A stretch of 64,000 nt of DNA, taken from UHGV virus genome UHGV-0076294, one strand, 5' to 3'. Source of the DNA: a virus. Position numbers and translations under genes: made by a program. Positions 9,126 through 17,522 of the stretch are shown piece by piece (the stretch's first letter is position 1; the number at the start of each line of letters is the position of its first letter). The notes below the pieces were generated by a model that saw only the letters and a program-made list of their open reading frames with translations, did no database searches and was not told the DNA's origin.

Positions 9126-9650
9126 ATGGATATTTTAATTCAGCTTCGTAAGAAAACAACCATTGCCACGCCGATAGCGTTAGAGGAGAAAATCTCTGGC
9201 GCGGTTGCACGCAAGCTCTGTGGTGCTCACGGCTTTAGCAGTCATCAGGAACAGGTCGTTACTGCCGCCACATTACACAACTTACGGCACACAGTACATT
9301 ACTGTTTAGCTGACAACGTCACCATCACTCTTGATGATGGCGCAGCAGCCGACCAACTGCGTCGTGAAATTGACCACAAGATCGGCGTTTATAAAAGACG
9401 TTTTGATCGTGCCTGTGCACGTTTAACCGATGACAAGGAATTATGGAAACGTTTGAAACTTGAAATTGAGTATGCGGCGCAGCGTTACGGGATTGGCGGT
9501 ACCGAACCGTTGCTGTCCGAACAAGAAATCATGTTAGCAATCGAAGTTTACATCACCGTTTGTATCGCCATCCTGAAAGAAACCGACTACGAAATTACAA
9601 AAGCGTTGTTAAACACCGCAGACAGACTCACCCCAATTTTAGGACAGTAA
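9126..9650 (+). CDS. hypothetical protein
   Basis: 174-aa ORF, SD AAAGGGG upstream, 2-nt spacer. Confidence 0.75.
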   Translation: MDILIQLRKKTTIATPIALEEKISGAVARKLCGAHGFSSHQEQVVTAATLHNLRHTVHYCLADNVTITLDDGAAADQLRREIDHKIGVYKRRFDRACARLTDDKELWKRLKLEIEYAAQRYGIGGTEPLLSEQEIMLAIEVYITVCIAILKETDYEITKALLNTADRLTPILGQ

Positions 9651-9651
9651 A

Positions 9652-10137
9652 ATGAACTTAAATGCAATTATCAATCTCTCTAATAGCGACATTGTCCACG
9701 AGTTTCTGAACCACTGCGATCGCACAGAACAGTCTATCCGTAACATGTTAGCTCCGAAAACAGTGGATGCCATTTGGATAGCTTCACAGGCAGCGGGCGT
9801 TATCGTTGCAAGATATCGCGCGACATTACTAATGAGTCTGGACATTTTCTTCGATCGACCAGGGCCTATTACATGGACTTCTATCGGACGTCGGCTTTAT
9901 GACATACGTATCGAAACCCTACGCTCGATAATTAATGGCTGGCACAACGGGTATATGCCTGACGTAATAGTACCCTACACTGTTCCCGAATGGCGACGCT
10001 TTTATAGTCAGATTTGGAGTAATGAAAGCGTTTATCATGAAATAGTGGCTCTTATCAGTGCTGACCAAAGCCAACTTGCATACCAGCTATGGGAGTGGCT
10101 AAAAGCTAATTATCCTGATTACGTCAAAATCGACTAA
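9652..10137 (+). CDS. hypothetical protein
   Basis: 161-aa ORF with a 1-nt spacer; followed by a terminator at 10143. Confidence 0.75.
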   Translation: MNLNAIINLSNSDIVHEFLNHCDRTEQSIRNMLAPKTVDAIWIASQAAGVIVARYRATLLMSLDIFFDRPGPITWTSIGRRLYDIRIETLRSIINGWHNGYMPDVIVPYTVPEWRRFYSQIWSNESVYHEIVALISADQSQLAYQLWEWLKANYPDYVKID

Positions 10138-10142
10138 TAGAC

Positions 10143-10174
10143 ACCCTAGCTTCGGCTAGGGTTACTTTATTTTT
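10143..10174 (+). terminator. rho-independent terminator with UUCG loop
   Basis: ACCCTAGC ttcg GCTAGGGT, then TACTTTATTTTT. Confidence 0.75.
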
Positions 10175-10196
10175 AACCATTTTAGGAGAATATACC

Positions 10197-11129
10197 ATGT
10201 ATTTGTACAAAAGTAAAAAAGTAAAAGGTATTAAAGACTGCCTTAGACAAATGGGGAGTCAGCATCTAGAAAATGTCATGGAAGAAAATCAAACAAAAGA
10301 AAATCCTGTCTCGAAATGGATAAAAAAGAATCGTAATCATCTAACCAATAGCTTTATACCGTATAATGAAGATTTAGGTCTCAAAGATCCACGTTCCCTT
10401 CACGCTCAAACATTGGCAATTGGATGGCTATACGGCGGGGCTTCCTTAATATCCGATCGAGCACTTAGAGAACTTGTTTTTGAGACTGAGATGCCCAGTA
10501 AATTCCCTGAAGAATGGTTGGACTTTATACCTACTTGGACTGTGGCAATCGATGTAGGTAAAGAGGATGAGACTTTCTTTCTCGGTTATCGAAAAAATGG
10601 GAAGAGAAGGTTTATTATAATTGCTACAAATACTGATTACGGGTTAACAGAAGGCGTTACCACGATTGCCACTTGTTCGTTAGAGCTTCGTAGTGCAGGA
10701 AACGGACTTGTGGAAATCGACTATGCCGACGGTGTGGAGAACGAACAAGAAAAGATGCTATGGTTATCTCTGGCCAAAGCCGCCACATCGATGATATTTC
10801 TGTGTACGCTAATCCCACCTAATCTCAAAACGTCTTACAATGACGTTAAGTTCAAAGAAATCAAAAAGAACGGCAGTATTAGCTACGAAGTCAAACCTCG
10901 TGAACGTGATGTTAAAGTGGATATCACACCAGGACAAGTAAAATATCTAAAAGGATTTAACACCGACTTGAAAGCCATGCAGGGTATCAAACACGCTAAA
11001 GCTGCGCACATTCGTCGTGCCCACTGGCGTAGATACTGGGTTGGTCCAAGAAACGGTGAAAGAAAAAGAAAACTTTGCTGGATTCCACCGACATTTGTTC
11101 GCGGCTACGTACCCCACACGCAAGACTAG
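10197..11129 (+). CDS. hypothetical protein (tandem paralog B1) with basic C-terminal motif AAHIRRAHWRRYWVGP...CWIPPTFVRGY
   Basis: 310 aa, SD TAGGAG. Blocks LGWLYGGASLISDRALRELV and the C-terminal 40 aa align with the next ORF. Confidence 0.85.
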   Translation: MYLYKSKKVKGIKDCLRQMGSQHLENVMEENQTKENPVSKWIKKNRNHLTNSFIPYNEDLGLKDPRSLHAQTLAIGWLYGGASLISDRALRELVFETEMPSKFPEEWLDFIPTWTVAIDVGKEDETFFLGYRKNGKRRFIIIATNTDYGLTEGVTTIATCSLELRSAGNGLVEIDYADGVENEQEKMLWLSLAKAATSMIFLCTLIPPNLKTSYNDVKFKEIKKNGSISYEVKPRERDVKVDITPGQVKYLKGFNTDLKAMQGIKHAKAAHIRRAHWRRYWVGPRNGERKRKLCWIPPTFVRGYVPHTQD

Positions 11130-11139
11130 GAGAATTATA

Positions 11140-12024
11140 ATGTTAAGACGCAGAATTTATGGAGACACGCTTCGACGTATTAGTGAAGCTATAGAGACTG
11201 CACACAAAGACTTGTTTGGTCTGAAGGAAGATCGTTTTCTAACGTTTGTCAGGGAACACAAGAGGCAACTTCCTGTAACCTTTCTGCCCGTTAACGACCC
11301 AACGTACCGTGTGTTCGGCACCACCAAACAGGTGCCGTATTCTATTCGCCAATCGTTAGGTTTGGGCTGGCAATACGCAGGTATTGAAATTATCTCTGAT
11401 AAAGAGTTGATGGGACTACTTGCAGACACAGAACGTTTAACGGATATTCCGTACGCGTGGATTGAAGCAATTCCTTCATTCACCTTTTCCGTGACTGTAA
11501 AGATTAACGAACTACCCGCTACGCTCTTTATCGGTCGTCGTAAATTCGAAGGTGAGGAAGTATTGTTCGTTTTACGATGGGTGGAGATAAATCAGCGGCA
11601 CTGTTGGTCAACCAAGATTTATCGGTTCAACAGAAAGGCAGATGACTTTGTTAGTTTAGAGCCTTACTTTGCTAACGAGTCAAAGGACGAGGAACTTCTG
11701 GATGAGGTACATATCGGTTTATATCTTTCCTCGCGGGTGAAGAAATCGGAACGCGAGAGACGGGAATACCGTGGTAGAACGACACGTTACGTACCTGATA
11801 CAGAAATCCTCCCACGCAGAGAACCTGTCGTCGTTGACGTAAGTCCAGTACAACGCGAAGACTTAGAAAAACAACGCAGGGAAGGCAGGAGAATCTGTTT
11901 AACGCCTCATCGCGCAGCACACATACGCAGGGCTCATTGGAAACGGGTCTGGTGTGGGCCAATGACAGGACCACGCTGGCAGGAGTGGCGATGGATTGCA
12001 CCCACCTTTATATCTGGTTTTTAA
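11140..12024 (+). CDS. hypothetical protein (tandem paralog B2) with C-terminal motif AAHIRRAHWKRVWCGP...RWIAPTFISGF
   Basis: 294 aa from ATG 11140 (SD TAGGAG 7 nt upstream). The track ORF from GTG 11017 overlaps the upstream gene and is probably an artefactual extension. Confidence 0.8.
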   Translation: MLRRRIYGDTLRRISEAIETAHKDLFGLKEDRFLTFVREHKRQLPVTFLPVNDPTYRVFGTTKQVPYSIRQSLGLGWQYAGIEIISDKELMGLLADTERLTDIPYAWIEAIPSFTFSVTVKINELPATLFIGRRKFEGEEVLFVLRWVEINQRHCWSTKIYRFNRKADDFVSLEPYFANESKDEELLDEVHIGLYLSSRVKKSERERREYRGRTTRYVPDTEILPRREPVVVDVSPVQREDLEKQRREGRRICLTPHRAAHIRRAHWKRVWCGPMTGPRWQEWRWIAPTFISGF

Positions 12025-12039
12025 TGTGAAAATAAAGAT

Positions 12040-12087
12040 TACCCCTAGACCACAAGGTCTAGGGGTAGCTTTTACTTTTTATTTTTT
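12040..12087. terminator. bidirectional terminator
   Basis: 12-bp stem TACCCCTAGACC acaa GGTCTAGGGGTA with flanking A- and T-runs, between convergent genes. Confidence 0.8.
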
Positions 12088-12834
12088 GTTTGCCTTCAGC
12101 GCTTTCAGGCGTTCAGCCGTCACGTTCAGACATTCAATCAATTCGTTCACCTGTTTCATGAACAAACCAAACAGTTCAACCCAATCGGATGCAAAGTCTA
12201 ACATCGCTGTCAGTTCTTTTGCCACGTTAGGATGAATGTTTTGTTCAGACAGAATCGTTGCAGAGGCTTTAATAGACTCGATGGATTTGTCGATGTTCGT
12301 ACGAAGTTTCTTCGTGATTTCAACGTTCAGTGCTTTTGCACGGTTAAACGCAATATCGATCTCCGTAGCACTGTGGTACGTTTTCTCAATCGGACGCTGG
12401 TCAATAACGTTGTTGATGTAAGACTTAGCCAACTGGTTAACCAGGTCTTTCGGATTCACGTTACGTAACGGAATGTTAACGTTTTTATAACGGAAACCGA
12501 TAGGTAATGACAGTACGCCCACATCATGTGTAAGGGCGGAAAGTTGCAACTCAACAGGTAAAAGGACACCGTCGTAGATCTTCTGTAATGAACTCCATAC
12601 CGATTCTAAGCGGTTAATGTGATCCATTACGTAGGTATTGAAGCCTGGCGGTACAATAACCAACATGCCTGCAAAGTGTAAGAATTTTTCCTGTTGCATC
12701 CACTTGGAAACGTCTGACATGTCGTCGTAAGTGGTTAATGCAATCTCTTGTTGAGGGCCACTGAACCCTTTGGGTAAGATTGCAGACGCTTTAGCGGCAA
12801 AGCTAGTTAACGCTGCAAGTGGATTTACGTTCAT
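12079..12834 (-). CDS. hypothetical protein
   Basis: 251 aa. Start context GAGGTTTTAAATG is shared with the minus gene at 16868. An isolated minus-strand gene between a bidirectional terminator and a divergent control region. Confidence 0.8.
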   Translation of the reverse strand: MNVNPLAALTSFAAKASAILPKGFSGPQQEIALTTYDDMSDVSKWMQQEKFLHFAGMLVIVPPGFNTYVMDHINRLESVWSSLQKIYDGVLLPVELQLSALTHDVGVLSLPIGFRYKNVNIPLRNVNPKDLVNQLAKSYINNVIDQRPIEKTYHSATEIDIAFNRAKALNVEITKKLRTNIDKSIESIKASATILSEQNIHPNVAKELTAMLDFASDWVELFGLFMKQVNELIECLNVTAERLKALKANKK

Positions 12835-12841
12835 TTAAAAC

Positions 12842-12907
12842 CTCGGATTATAAGTCAGGGTTACATAGTAAAGTCTTTTTACAGTTCATCCTGAACTTAT
12901 GACCGAG
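12842..12907. promoter_or_regulatory. imperfect 18-nt inverted repeat bracketing the divergent control region
   Basis: CTCGGATTATAAGTCAGG (12842-12859) versus CCTGAACTTATGACCGAG (12890-12907). About 16 pairs with one mismatch and two bulges. The left arm overlaps the SD of the minus gene. Confidence 0.45.
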
Positions 12908-12931
12908 ATTATCTCATAAAGGTAAAGCTCG

Positions 12932-13231
12932 ATGAAAATCAAATTACTGACTCGAAACACCACGCCTCGTCTGGAACCGGAAATCTATCTTACCCCGGTG
13001 AAAAAAGACAAAGAAGGTAAGCCTATTCAAGTAGGTAAGATTCTTAGCGTGACCTCTTTACCTAACGGTAAGCGCGTGATGGAATTAGAAATCGACGAGC
13101 GCAACAAACGTCGTTTCGAGTCTATTGAGAACCCCTATCCTGAAAAATCGGAAGAAGTCACCGAGTGGGTAGAGACCTACTTTGAATTCTGGCACAAACG
13201 CCGTCTTCTTCTTCCGACCAAGAATCGTTAA
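12932..13231 (+). CDS. hypothetical protein
   Basis: 99-aa ORF, SD AAAGG upstream, precedes the UvsX-like gene. Confidence 0.7.
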   Translation: MKIKLLTRNTTPRLEPEIYLTPVKKDKEGKPIQVGKILSVTSLPNGKRVMELEIDERNKRRFESIENPYPEKSEEVTEWVETYFEFWHKRRLLLPTKNR

Positions 13232-13246
13232 TTATTGGAGCGCTAA

Positions 13247-14743
13247 ATGGCAGGCCCAACTAAGCAAGTTATCGGTGAAGTAATTCGTCCTCGTTTTAAC
13301 GTTTATACCATCATGGACCACGCCTTAGGCAACTACGAAAGAGGCGAAGATGGTTTATACTACCTTAACGGTGGTTTTGCCCACATCATGGGTTTCGCGG
13401 GTCGTGGTAACACCTTCAAATCCACACTGTTGGATTTCTGTATCTTCCAAATCCTACAACGCTATAAAGCAGAGTGGGGTTCGAAATACGATACCGAAGT
13501 GTCTGCTGCCCTCGATCGCTTAGAGACCGGTTATATTTCTGCCATGCACGCCAACGGTATTGACGATGGAACTTCGGTACTGGAACTTATTCACGAAGGT
13601 CGTTATAACCTCGTTGGTTCTGACGTGATGCCAGGGGAACAATATTACAGTGACTATATTCGTGATGAAGTGGAAAAACGCTTCAAGCAGTATATGTCTG
13701 GTAAAACGCGTGTAACGCCGTTCCTCGACCCGGTTCGTCGTAAGCAAAAAGAAATCCTTGACCCGTGGCTGTATTCTATCGACTCCCTGTCGGAGTGGCA
13801 CTCGTCTTCTCTGGAAGACAAGCACGCTAAAACGGATATCGGTGATTCCGATCAGAACATCCTCAACGCCCACGACGCCTTACAGAAATCGAACATGATG
13901 AGCCGTTGGCCGTCTGCGTTTGCCCGTGGTGGTTTCTACATGGGCTTTGTTGCACAGATGGCCGATGACTCCGGTAAGGCGATGGCAGGCGGTCGTCAAG
14001 GACAGAAAGCAAATGCGAAACTGCTGGACGATGCGAACGACGATCTCAAATTCGCAGGGATTCCTCGTCGTCAGTTAAGCTTCCTGACTAACTCGTTTAT
14101 TGTTGCGACAAAATCAGGCGAGCTGAAAAAAGACCAGAGTTATAACGCCCAGACCGGTGTTAACGAAGAACTTTACCCAACCGCACGTTCAAAAGCCATG
14201 AACGCGTCGGTTAACGACCTGAAAGTTATCACCTTTACGCAGTACCGTGCTAAAGGCGGTCACACAGGCGTGAAGTTCCAGATGATCTTCTCGCAAGAGA
14301 TGGGTCTACTGTATCACCTGAGCCTGTGGCACTACCTGAGTGATACCCTGAAAAAATCCGAATTTGGATTTACATCCAGCGGTAGCGGTGGTTCCATTAA
14401 AGAACTCCAGATTCTGCCTGGTGTTAAATTCCAGCGTACGACGATTCGCGACATGATCGACGATAACCCGAAACTGCGTCGGGCATTAGAAATCACGGCC
14501 GCGATTGCGTACATGCAGAACAACTACCATCGTTTAGAGGTTAAATACCACCTCACGATGGAAGAAATCTACAAACTCATTGATGAAAAATGGGATTGGA
14601 ATGAGATTCTGGAGAACACCGTAGAATACTGGATGTTTAAAGACCAAGAAACGAAAGGTGGTAAACGTACGTTAACTGCCCGTACGATTCTGGGTATGGC
14701 CGTGGACGGCCTGGAACCGAAGTTCCTCACCAAAAAGAAATAA
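13247..14743 (+). CDS. UvsX/RecA-like recombination ATPase
   Basis: 498 aa. Walker A GFAGRGNTFKST resembles T4 UvsX LAGPSKSFKSN. Walker B LYSIDSLSEW resembles UvsX VFIDSLGNL. Confidence 0.65.
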   Translation: MAGPTKQVIGEVIRPRFNVYTIMDHALGNYERGEDGLYYLNGGFAHIMGFAGRGNTFKSTLLDFCIFQILQRYKAEWGSKYDTEVSAALDRLETGYISAMHANGIDDGTSVLELIHEGRYNLVGSDVMPGEQYYSDYIRDEVEKRFKQYMSGKTRVTPFLDPVRRKQKEILDPWLYSIDSLSEWHSSSLEDKHAKTDIGDSDQNILNAHDALQKSNMMSRWPSAFARGGFYMGFVAQMADDSGKAMAGGRQGQKANAKLLDDANDDLKFAGIPRRQLSFLTNSFIVATKSGELKKDQSYNAQTGVNEELYPTARSKAMNASVNDLKVITFTQYRAKGGHTGVKFQMIFSQEMGLLYHLSLWHYLSDTLKKSEFGFTSSGSGGSIKELQILPGVKFQRTTIRDMIDDNPKLRRALEITAAIAYMQNNYHRLEVKYHLTMEEIYKLIDEKWDWNEILENTVEYWMFKDQETKGGKRTLTARTILGMAVDGLEPKFLTKKK

Positions 14744-14749
14744 AGTCGT

Positions 14750-14774
14750 TAGGGTAGGGTAATCCCCTACCCTA
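14750..14774 (+). other. intergenic hairpin without U-tract (TAGGGTAGGG taatc CCCTACCCTA)
   Basis: 10-bp stem between the UvsX-like gene and the next SD. Confidence 0.5.
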
Positions 14775-14788
14775 GCTAAGGAGTCGTT

Positions 14789-15088
14789 ATGCGTTATCAA
14801 ACGGAGATTGTGGAGCGCTTAAGCGAAGGTTTAGCCAGCGTCAGTCTGGAAACAGCAGCGGCATTTCGTGAGACTTTCGCTACTTTCTTTCCCGATCGTG
14901 AATCTTTTTGTTTAAAGGTCGGTGAATATTATTCCAAGTTACTCGAACACTACGGTTACCCGCCGGTGAAATTCGACGTACCTGAAAACACCGACGACAT
15001 CAGTTATTGGATTGAAACCCTCGAAGCAGGGACACTTTCCAACTTGCGTAAGGCGGTAGAAAATGAGACTCGATCCAGCGCGGCGTAA
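14789..15088 (+). CDS. hypothetical protein
   Basis: 99-aa ORF, SD TAAGGAG; its 3' end overlaps the next gene by 26 nt. Confidence 0.7.
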   Translation: MRYQTEIVERLSEGLASVSLETAAAFRETFATFFPDRESFCLKVGEYYSKLLEHYGYPPVKFDVPENTDDISYWIETLEAGTLSNLRKAVENETRSSAA

Positions 15089-15731
15089 AAAAGCAGAAGC
15101 TTACGCCTTACAAATCTTAAACCTGGTTGACCCCTCTGGGATTAATGCAGAGGCAGCAAAGAAAGCTTTTGCTCGAATGACAGACGAACAGTTTAATCGT
15201 CTTCGTGAAGGGCTACCGATTTACAACCCGGTTGGCAGCAAAGTTAAAATAGACCACATGCGAAACGTTGAGCTATGTCGTGTTTTAGGTTTGAACCTGG
15301 AACAGCGGTTGTGGTTAACTGAGCCGAAAACGGGTGTTTTCCATCGTACCCGCTACCCACATCTGGTATTGCGCTTGCCTGCGCGTCGTCAAACGCAGAT
15401 GCAAGAAAAGAAAATGGCAGTAGCGAAGAACGACAAAGTTCGTGATAAACTCTCCGGTCAAGTTGTTGGTCCTTCTAAAGCATCTGGTGTATCTTTCCCA
15501 GAAGCGTACATCATGTACTCCGATGGTCACGACTGGACACTGAAAGAGTTTCTGTGGGCGCGTGGGGGTAACGAAGCTTTACAACGTGCGTTCTATCAAT
15601 CGTTACGTCAAACCGGTAAGGGACGTATTGACCTGCCGGGAGCAGAACGTACCAGTTCGAAAGCAACACGTACCTGGTCTGCGTATCTGAAAGCGATGCA
15701 CATTGGTAACAACATAGGCCATCCGTCATGA
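15063..15731 (+). CDS. RNA polymerase beta-subunit C-terminal module (split rpoB-like fragment)
   Basis: 222 aa. MTDEQFNRLREGLPIYNPV, RLWLTEPKTGVFHRTRYPHLVLRL, NDKVRDKLSG, SFPEAYIMYSDGHDWTLKEFL and SAYLKAMHIGNNI align by eye with E. coli RpoB ~1150-1342 ([91 protein letters not shown]). Confidence 0.65.
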   Translation: MRLDPARRKKAEAYALQILNLVDPSGINAEAAKKAFARMTDEQFNRLREGLPIYNPVGSKVKIDHMRNVELCRVLGLNLEQRLWLTEPKTGVFHRTRYPHLVLRLPARRQTQMQEKKMAVAKNDKVRDKLSGQVVGPSKASGVSFPEAYIMYSDGHDWTLKEFLWARGGNEALQRAFYQSLRQTGKGRIDLPGAERTSSKATRTWSAYLKAMHIGNNIGHPS

Positions 15732-16450
15732 GATTTTCTCGACGTTTTTTGATTGATATCGATGCGTTGTTTGACACCCGAATCGGTTGGGTCAAAGCCA
15801 TCAAACCTGAAAGATTGGAAATTATGGATTACGACGTTTATCGTCGTCGTTTTACGGAGGAATGGGCGACTGTCTTGGGGTTTGAGAATTGGAAAGAGGA
15901 ATATCAGAAACGTGATAAACGCGCGTTAATGAATGCGGAACCCACCGAACTGTTGTTGACGATGAAGAACGAGTTCGAATGTATGTTACTCGAAATCGAG
16001 ATGCATTCGCCTATCGAAAAACCGACGCTGACAATTAACACCTGGCCGTATACTGATCTTACTGACCAAGAAATGCAAACGTTCTTGCAGATGTTCCGTA
16101 TCTATTACGATATGGTGCAGGTTGAGTTAGTGTCGTGGCCGCATTCGGAACTTACGCCGGGTCGTTTAGCGACAGCTTGGGATTGTTGGATAATGTACGA
16201 TTGGTTCGCTTGGATTGAACTCAATGCGAAACATCTGAAAAAGCCTATCCCTAGCTTTACCATTACGCACCCTGCCCTGCTAACGCCGGAACTTACAAAA
16301 GAGACGGTAGAGCAGCTTAAACGCGATGGTGTGAATCCGTTCAAGGAACACATCCGGTTTATGGCAGAGTGGGTCGGTGTCGACCCACGTGATTCTGCGC
16401 TATTTAGTCTGGCTCGTCCGAAGAAGGACGCGCAAACGCCGCAGTCATAA
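15728..16450 (+). CDS. hypothetical protein
   Basis: 240-aa ORF with an ATGA start/stop overlap with the upstream gene. Confidence 0.75.
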   Translation: MRFSRRFLIDIDALFDTRIGWVKAIKPERLEIMDYDVYRRRFTEEWATVLGFENWKEEYQKRDKRALMNAEPTELLLTMKNEFECMLLEIEMHSPIEKPTLTINTWPYTDLTDQEMQTFLQMFRIYYDMVQVELVSWPHSELTPGRLATAWDCWIMYDWFAWIELNAKHLKKPIPSFTITHPALLTPELTKETVEQLKRDGVNPFKEHIRFMAEWVGVDPRDSALFSLARPKKDAQTPQS

Positions 16451-16868
16451 TGGACTTCACGTCAATTTGTTCGCCAACCGGAGCCAACTCCCCTTCCGAG
16501 ATTTCTACGTTAGGAATGTCTGGAAGGGTGGGTTGGTAACCATTATTTTCATCAAGTTCTTCATCGTGACGTTTTATTTTCACGTTACCGCGTTGCATCA
16601 GAATTGTATTCAGTGCGTTAGCCAAGTCTTGGTTCGCTTCACTGTTTTTCTGGGCAGCGGCAACACGACGTTTAGAAATGATCTGCTTATCTAGGTCGTT
16701 TAATAACGTCCCGATACGATCCACAGTCTTTAAGTCTTTGTGAGCATTAGGATCGTCTAAGATTAGATTGACGATTCTGACACGGGCTTGTTGCGTTTGG
16801 CGGAGAAGCGATTCTTCGTCGTCTACTTCACCATCTAACGCCTGGTATTTCACTTCTTCTTCAGCCAT
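16404..16868 (-). CDS. hypothetical acidic protein
   Basis: 154 aa. Start context GAGGTGGTTTTAAATG. Its 3' end overlaps the convergent gene by 47 nt. Confidence 0.7.
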   Translation of the reverse strand: MAEEEVKYQALDGEVDDEESLLRQTQQARVRIVNLILDDPNAHKDLKTVDRIGTLLNDLDKQIISKRRVAAAQKNSEANQDLANALNTILMQRGNVKIKRHDEELDENNGYQPTLPDIPNVEISEGELAPVGEQIDVKSIMTAAFARPSSDEPD

Positions 16869-16899
16869 TTAAAACCACCTCATTTTCAAAAAGAAGTCA

Positions 16900-16922
16900 G
16901 ACAGATATTATTTACGTGAGAC
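16900..16922 (+). promoter_or_regulatory. promoter-like motif, copy 2: GACAGATATTATTTACGTGAGAC
   Basis: In a divergent intergenic region, 20 nt upstream of ATG 16941. Confidence 0.45.
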
Positions 16923-16940
16923 ATTCTTTCGGAGTGAATT

Positions 16941-17489
16941 ATGTTTACAGGATTAATAACACGTTTTAAGAAACGTCTACAGCAAAAGCGTTTACAGGCT
17001 CTCAGAGAGTCTCTAAGGCAGGAGTTTCATAAGAACATCCATAACCCCTGCGCGAGAACGTTTAGCGGCTTACGGTTGCTTACGTTGCCTATAAACGTAG
17101 ATACCGAACCCTACCACCCCAGCTTACGTGGTAATCTCGAGTTACGTATCGCTAATCTCGATATTCTTTACCAACGTCTTGCTTTTTATATCAACGAATA
17201 CCAACGCACGATTAATGGAACCTCTATCGAGTGGTTATCATTGCCAGAGTCGTTAAGTAAACAAAAAGACTCATCGGAAAACCGCTGGTTAGACACTTAT
17301 TTTGGGACGTCCAATCCGGCGGTTGCCTATTATAAGCTAACGCAGTTACTCGAGCTTATCGAACCTTACGAAGATATTTTCTTAAAGCCCAAGACCGATG
17401 AAGATCGGGCATTGGTAAATCACTGTGCACATTTGTTTCGTGAAATGGAGGTACTCATCGAACACTACCTTTTAAACCGACCTGTTTAA
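16941..17489 (+). CDS. hypothetical protein
   Basis: 182-aa ORF, SD CGGAG; preceded by the promoter-like motif at 16900. Confidence 0.75.
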   Translation: MFTGLITRFKKRLQQKRLQALRESLRQEFHKNIHNPCARTFSGLRLLTLPINVDTEPYHPSLRGNLELRIANLDILYQRLAFYINEYQRTINGTSIEWLSLPESLSKQKDSSENRWLDTYFGTSNPAVAYYKLTQLLELIEPYEDIFLKPKTDEDRALVNHCAHLFREMEVLIEHYLLNRPV

Positions 17490-17522
17490 TAATCAGTTAA
17501 CCCCTTGTAACAAGGTGAAGTG

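Noticed and set aside
11017-11139. GTG-initiated N-terminal extension of paralog B2 overlapping paralog B1 by 113 nt
   Set aside because: ATG 11140 has a canonical TAGGAG SD and starts right after the B1 stop. The extension simply reads the B1 C-terminal region in another frame.
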